A stretch of 64,000 nucleotides of DNA from Eledone cirrhosa (taxonomy: Eukaryota), in contig OZ024743.1 in assembly GCA_964016885.1 (NCBI GenBank), forward strand, positions 129,332,001-129,396,000, given 5' to 3'. Shown here piece after piece: positions 61,701-64,000 of this stretch. The notes under the pieces were generated by a model. The model ran no database searches, had not been told where the DNA came from, and saw nothing but the letters and a program-made list of their open reading frames with translations. Every line of letters begins with the position of its first letter. Position 1 is the first letter of the stretch. Position numbers and translations under genes: made by a program.

Positions 61701-64000
61701 TACCAAGCACCAAACACCAAACCCCAAGCACCAAGCACCAAACACTAATCACCAAGCACCAAACACCAAGCACCAAGCACCAAGCACCAAACACCAAGCA
61801 CCAAAGACCAAGCACCAAGCACCAAGCACCAAACACCAAGCACCAAGCACCAAGCACCAAACACCAAGCACCAAGCACCAAATACCAACCACCCAGCACC
61901 AAGCACCAAGCACCAAACACCAAGCCGCAAGCACCAAGCACCAAACACCAAACACCAAGCACCAAACACCAAGCATCAAACACCAAACACCAAACACCAA
62001 ACACCAAGCACCTAGCACCAAACACCAAACACCAGGCACCAAGCACCAAGCACCAAACACCAAGCAGCAAGCAGAATACACCAAACAACAAACACCAAGC
62101 ACCAAGCACTAAACACCAAGCACCAAGGAACAAACACCAAACACCAAGCACCAAGCACCAAACACCTAACACCAAGCACCAAGCACCAAGCACCAAACAC
62201 CAAACACCAAGAACCAAGCACAAAACACCAAGCACCAAACACCAAGTACAAATACCAAGCACCAAACACCAAGCACCAAGCACCAAGCATCAAACACCTA
62301 GCATCAAACACCAAACACCAAACACCAAGCACCAAGCACCAAACACCAAGCACCAAACACCAAGCACCCAGCACCAAACACCAAACACCAAGCACCAAAC
62401 ACCAAACACCAAGCACGAAGCACCAAACACCAAACACCAAGCACCAATCACCAAATACCAAGCACCAAACACCAAGCACCAAGCACCAAGCGACAAACAC
62501 CAAGCACCAAGCACCATGAACCAAACACCAAGCACCAAACACCCAGCACCAAGCACCAAACACCAAGCACCAAACACCAAACACCAAGCACCAAGCACCA
62601 AGCACCAAACACCAAGCCCCAAGCACCAAGCACCAAACACCAAACACCAAACAGTAAGCACCAAGCACCAAACACCAAGCACCCAACAGCAAGCACCAAA
62701 CACCAAACAGCAAACACCAAACAGCAAACACCAAACAGCAAACACCAAACAGCAAACAGCAAACACCAAACAGCAAGCACCAAACACCAAGCACCAAACA
62801 CCAAGCACCAAGCACCAAGTACAAACACCAAGCACCAAACACCAAGCACCAAGCATCAAGCACCAAGCATCAAACACCAAGCACCAAGCACCAAACACCA
62901 AACACCAAACACCAAGCACCAAACACCAAACACCAAACACCAAGCATCAAACACCAAACACAAAACACCAAGCACCAAGCACCAAGCACGCAGCACCAAG
63001 CACCAAGCCCCAAGCACCAAACACCAAACACCAAGCACCAACACCAATCACCAAACAACAAGCACCAAGCACCAAGCACCAAACACCAAGCACCAAGAAC
63101 CAAACACCAAACACCAAGCACCAAGCACCAAACACCAAGCACCAAAGACTAAAGACCAAACAGGAAACACCAAACACCAAACACCAAACACCATACAGAA
63201 AACACCAAACACCAAAAAGCAGACACCAAACAGCAAACAGCAAACACCAAACACCAAACACCAAACACCAAACAGCAAAAACGAAACACCAAGCACCAAA
63301 CACCAAGCACCAAGCACCAAACACCAAGCACCAAGCACCAAACACCAAACCACAAGCACCAAGCACCAAACACCAAGCACCAAGCACCAAACACCAAACA
63401 CGAAGCACCAAAGACCAAGCACCAAGCACCAAGCACCAAACACCAAGCACCAAGCACCAAGCACCAAATACCAAGCACCAAGCACCAAACACCAACCACC
63501 CAGCACCAAGCACCAAGCACCAAGCACCAAACACCGAACACCAAGCACCAAGCACCAAACCCCAAGCACCAAGCACCAAACACCAAGCCCCAAGTACCAA
63601 GCACCAAACACCAAGCACCAAACACCAAGCACCAAGCACCTAGCACCAAACACCAAGCCCCAAGCACGAAGCACCAAACACCAAACACCAAGCACCAAAC
63701 ACCAAGCACCAAACACCAAGCACCCAGCACCAAACACCATGCACCAAGTACCGAGCAACAAACACCAAGCACCAAGCACCAAACACCAAACACCAAGCAC
63801 CAAACACCAAACACCAAGCACCAAGCACCAAACACCAAACACCAAGCACCATACACCAAGCACCAAGCACCAAGCGACAAACACCAAAAACAAAGCACCA
63901 TGCACCAAACACCAAGCACCAAGCACCAAACACCCAGCACCAAGCACCAAGCACCAAACACCAAGCACCAAACACCAAACACCAAGCACCAAGCACCAAG
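52800..64000. repeat. Right-hand HOR domain with ~5.4-kb and ~1.6-1.7-kb periods and domain-specific variants
   Basis: ORF pairs 53918/59278 and 54079/59439 (offset 5360), 54902/60290 (5388), 57222/58795 (1573), 57713/59439 (1726). GACTAAA-GACCAAA-CAGGAAA occurs only here (~53054, 54648, 58303, 58513, 60043, 63147). Confidence 0.82.
58270..58700. repeat. Local 210-bp (30-monomer) tandem duplication
   Basis: GACTAAA-GACCAAA-CAGGAAA...CAATAAA-CACGAAA block at 58303 and 58513. The second copy carries new variants CAGTAAA and TAGCAGA. Confidence 0.88.

Larger units (their letters stand above)
1..64000. repeat. Heptameric satellite array (CACCAAR)n / (YTTGGTG)n, about 9,100 monomers, extending beyond both window edges
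   Basis: Every line parses into 7-mers CACCAAA or CACCAAG, plus variants with 1-3 substitutions (CATCAAA, CACCTAA, CAGCAAA, TACCAAG, CACCCAG, GACCAAG, CCCCAAG, CATATAA). No inversion and no non-repeat island were seen. Confidence 0.99.

Noticed and set aside
475-63643. Plus-strand ORFs (TPSTKHQ/APNTKHQ repeats, up to 606 aa) that resemble mucin-like or adhesin repeats
   Set aside because: The + strand has almost no T, so stops are rare. ATG starts are just variant monomers (CACAATG, CACCATG), and the 6-bp and 8-bp monomers shift the repeat phase without regard to frame.
410-63999. Hundreds of minus-strand ORFs (LVLGAWC repeats, up to 785 aa) that resemble membrane proteins
   Set aside because: They overlap in all three frames with the same peptide. 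They exist because the minus strand has almost no A, so stops are rare. No domain, codon structure or unique termini are present.
1-64000. CRISPR array or other repeat-spacer system
   Set aside because: There are no unique spacers, palindromic repeats, leader or cas genes. Everything between markers is the same heptamer.
1-64000. Transposon or retroelement insertion, or array inversion
   Set aside because: No stretch departs from the heptamer lattice by more than ~14 bp. No TTGGTG-orientation block, terminal repeats or poly(A) tail were seen on the + strand.
1-64000. Pure sequencing or basecalling artefact, or synthetic low-complexity sequence
   Set aside because: Rare variants recur in fixed order at exact kb offsets with a few copy-specific substitutions and conserved register, which fits real duplication history. 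Individual copy numbers still need read validation.
1-64000. Stable G-quadruplex array on the minus strand
   Set aside because: Only GG runs with 5-nt loops are regular. GGG and GGGG runs are isolated variants, so at most weak two-tetrad structures are expected.
1-64000. Cyanobacterial STRR-type heptamer repeats or a specific organism assignment
   Set aside because: STRRs are short intergenic tracts, not arrays of 64 kb or more. Nothing in the window supports a taxonomic call.

Overview
The whole 64-kb window is one uninterrupted, single-orientation tandem satellite array of about 9,100 heptamers, consensus CACCAAR (CACCAAA/CACCAAG; minus strand YTTGGTG). The + strand is roughly 50% A, 43% C and 7% G, with very little T (estimated from the consensus, not counted). 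I see no credible gene, RNA gene, transposon, CRISPR array or unique sequence. All listed ORFs are by-products of a stop-poor 7-bp repeat read in six frames. The real structure is hierarchical: rare variant monomers act as barcodes that reveal kb-scale higher-order repeats (HORs; offsets include 7660, 3214, 2900, 944/1349, 3014, 2355, 1979/2210, 1755 and 5360 bp). Every offset I checked keeps the 7-bp register once a few fixed off-length monomers are counted. Variant sets change in layers along the array, as in centromeric, pericentromeric or subtelomeric satellite evolving by unequal exchange. The source is probably eukaryotic heterochromatin, but organism and chromosomal position cannot be determined from this window.
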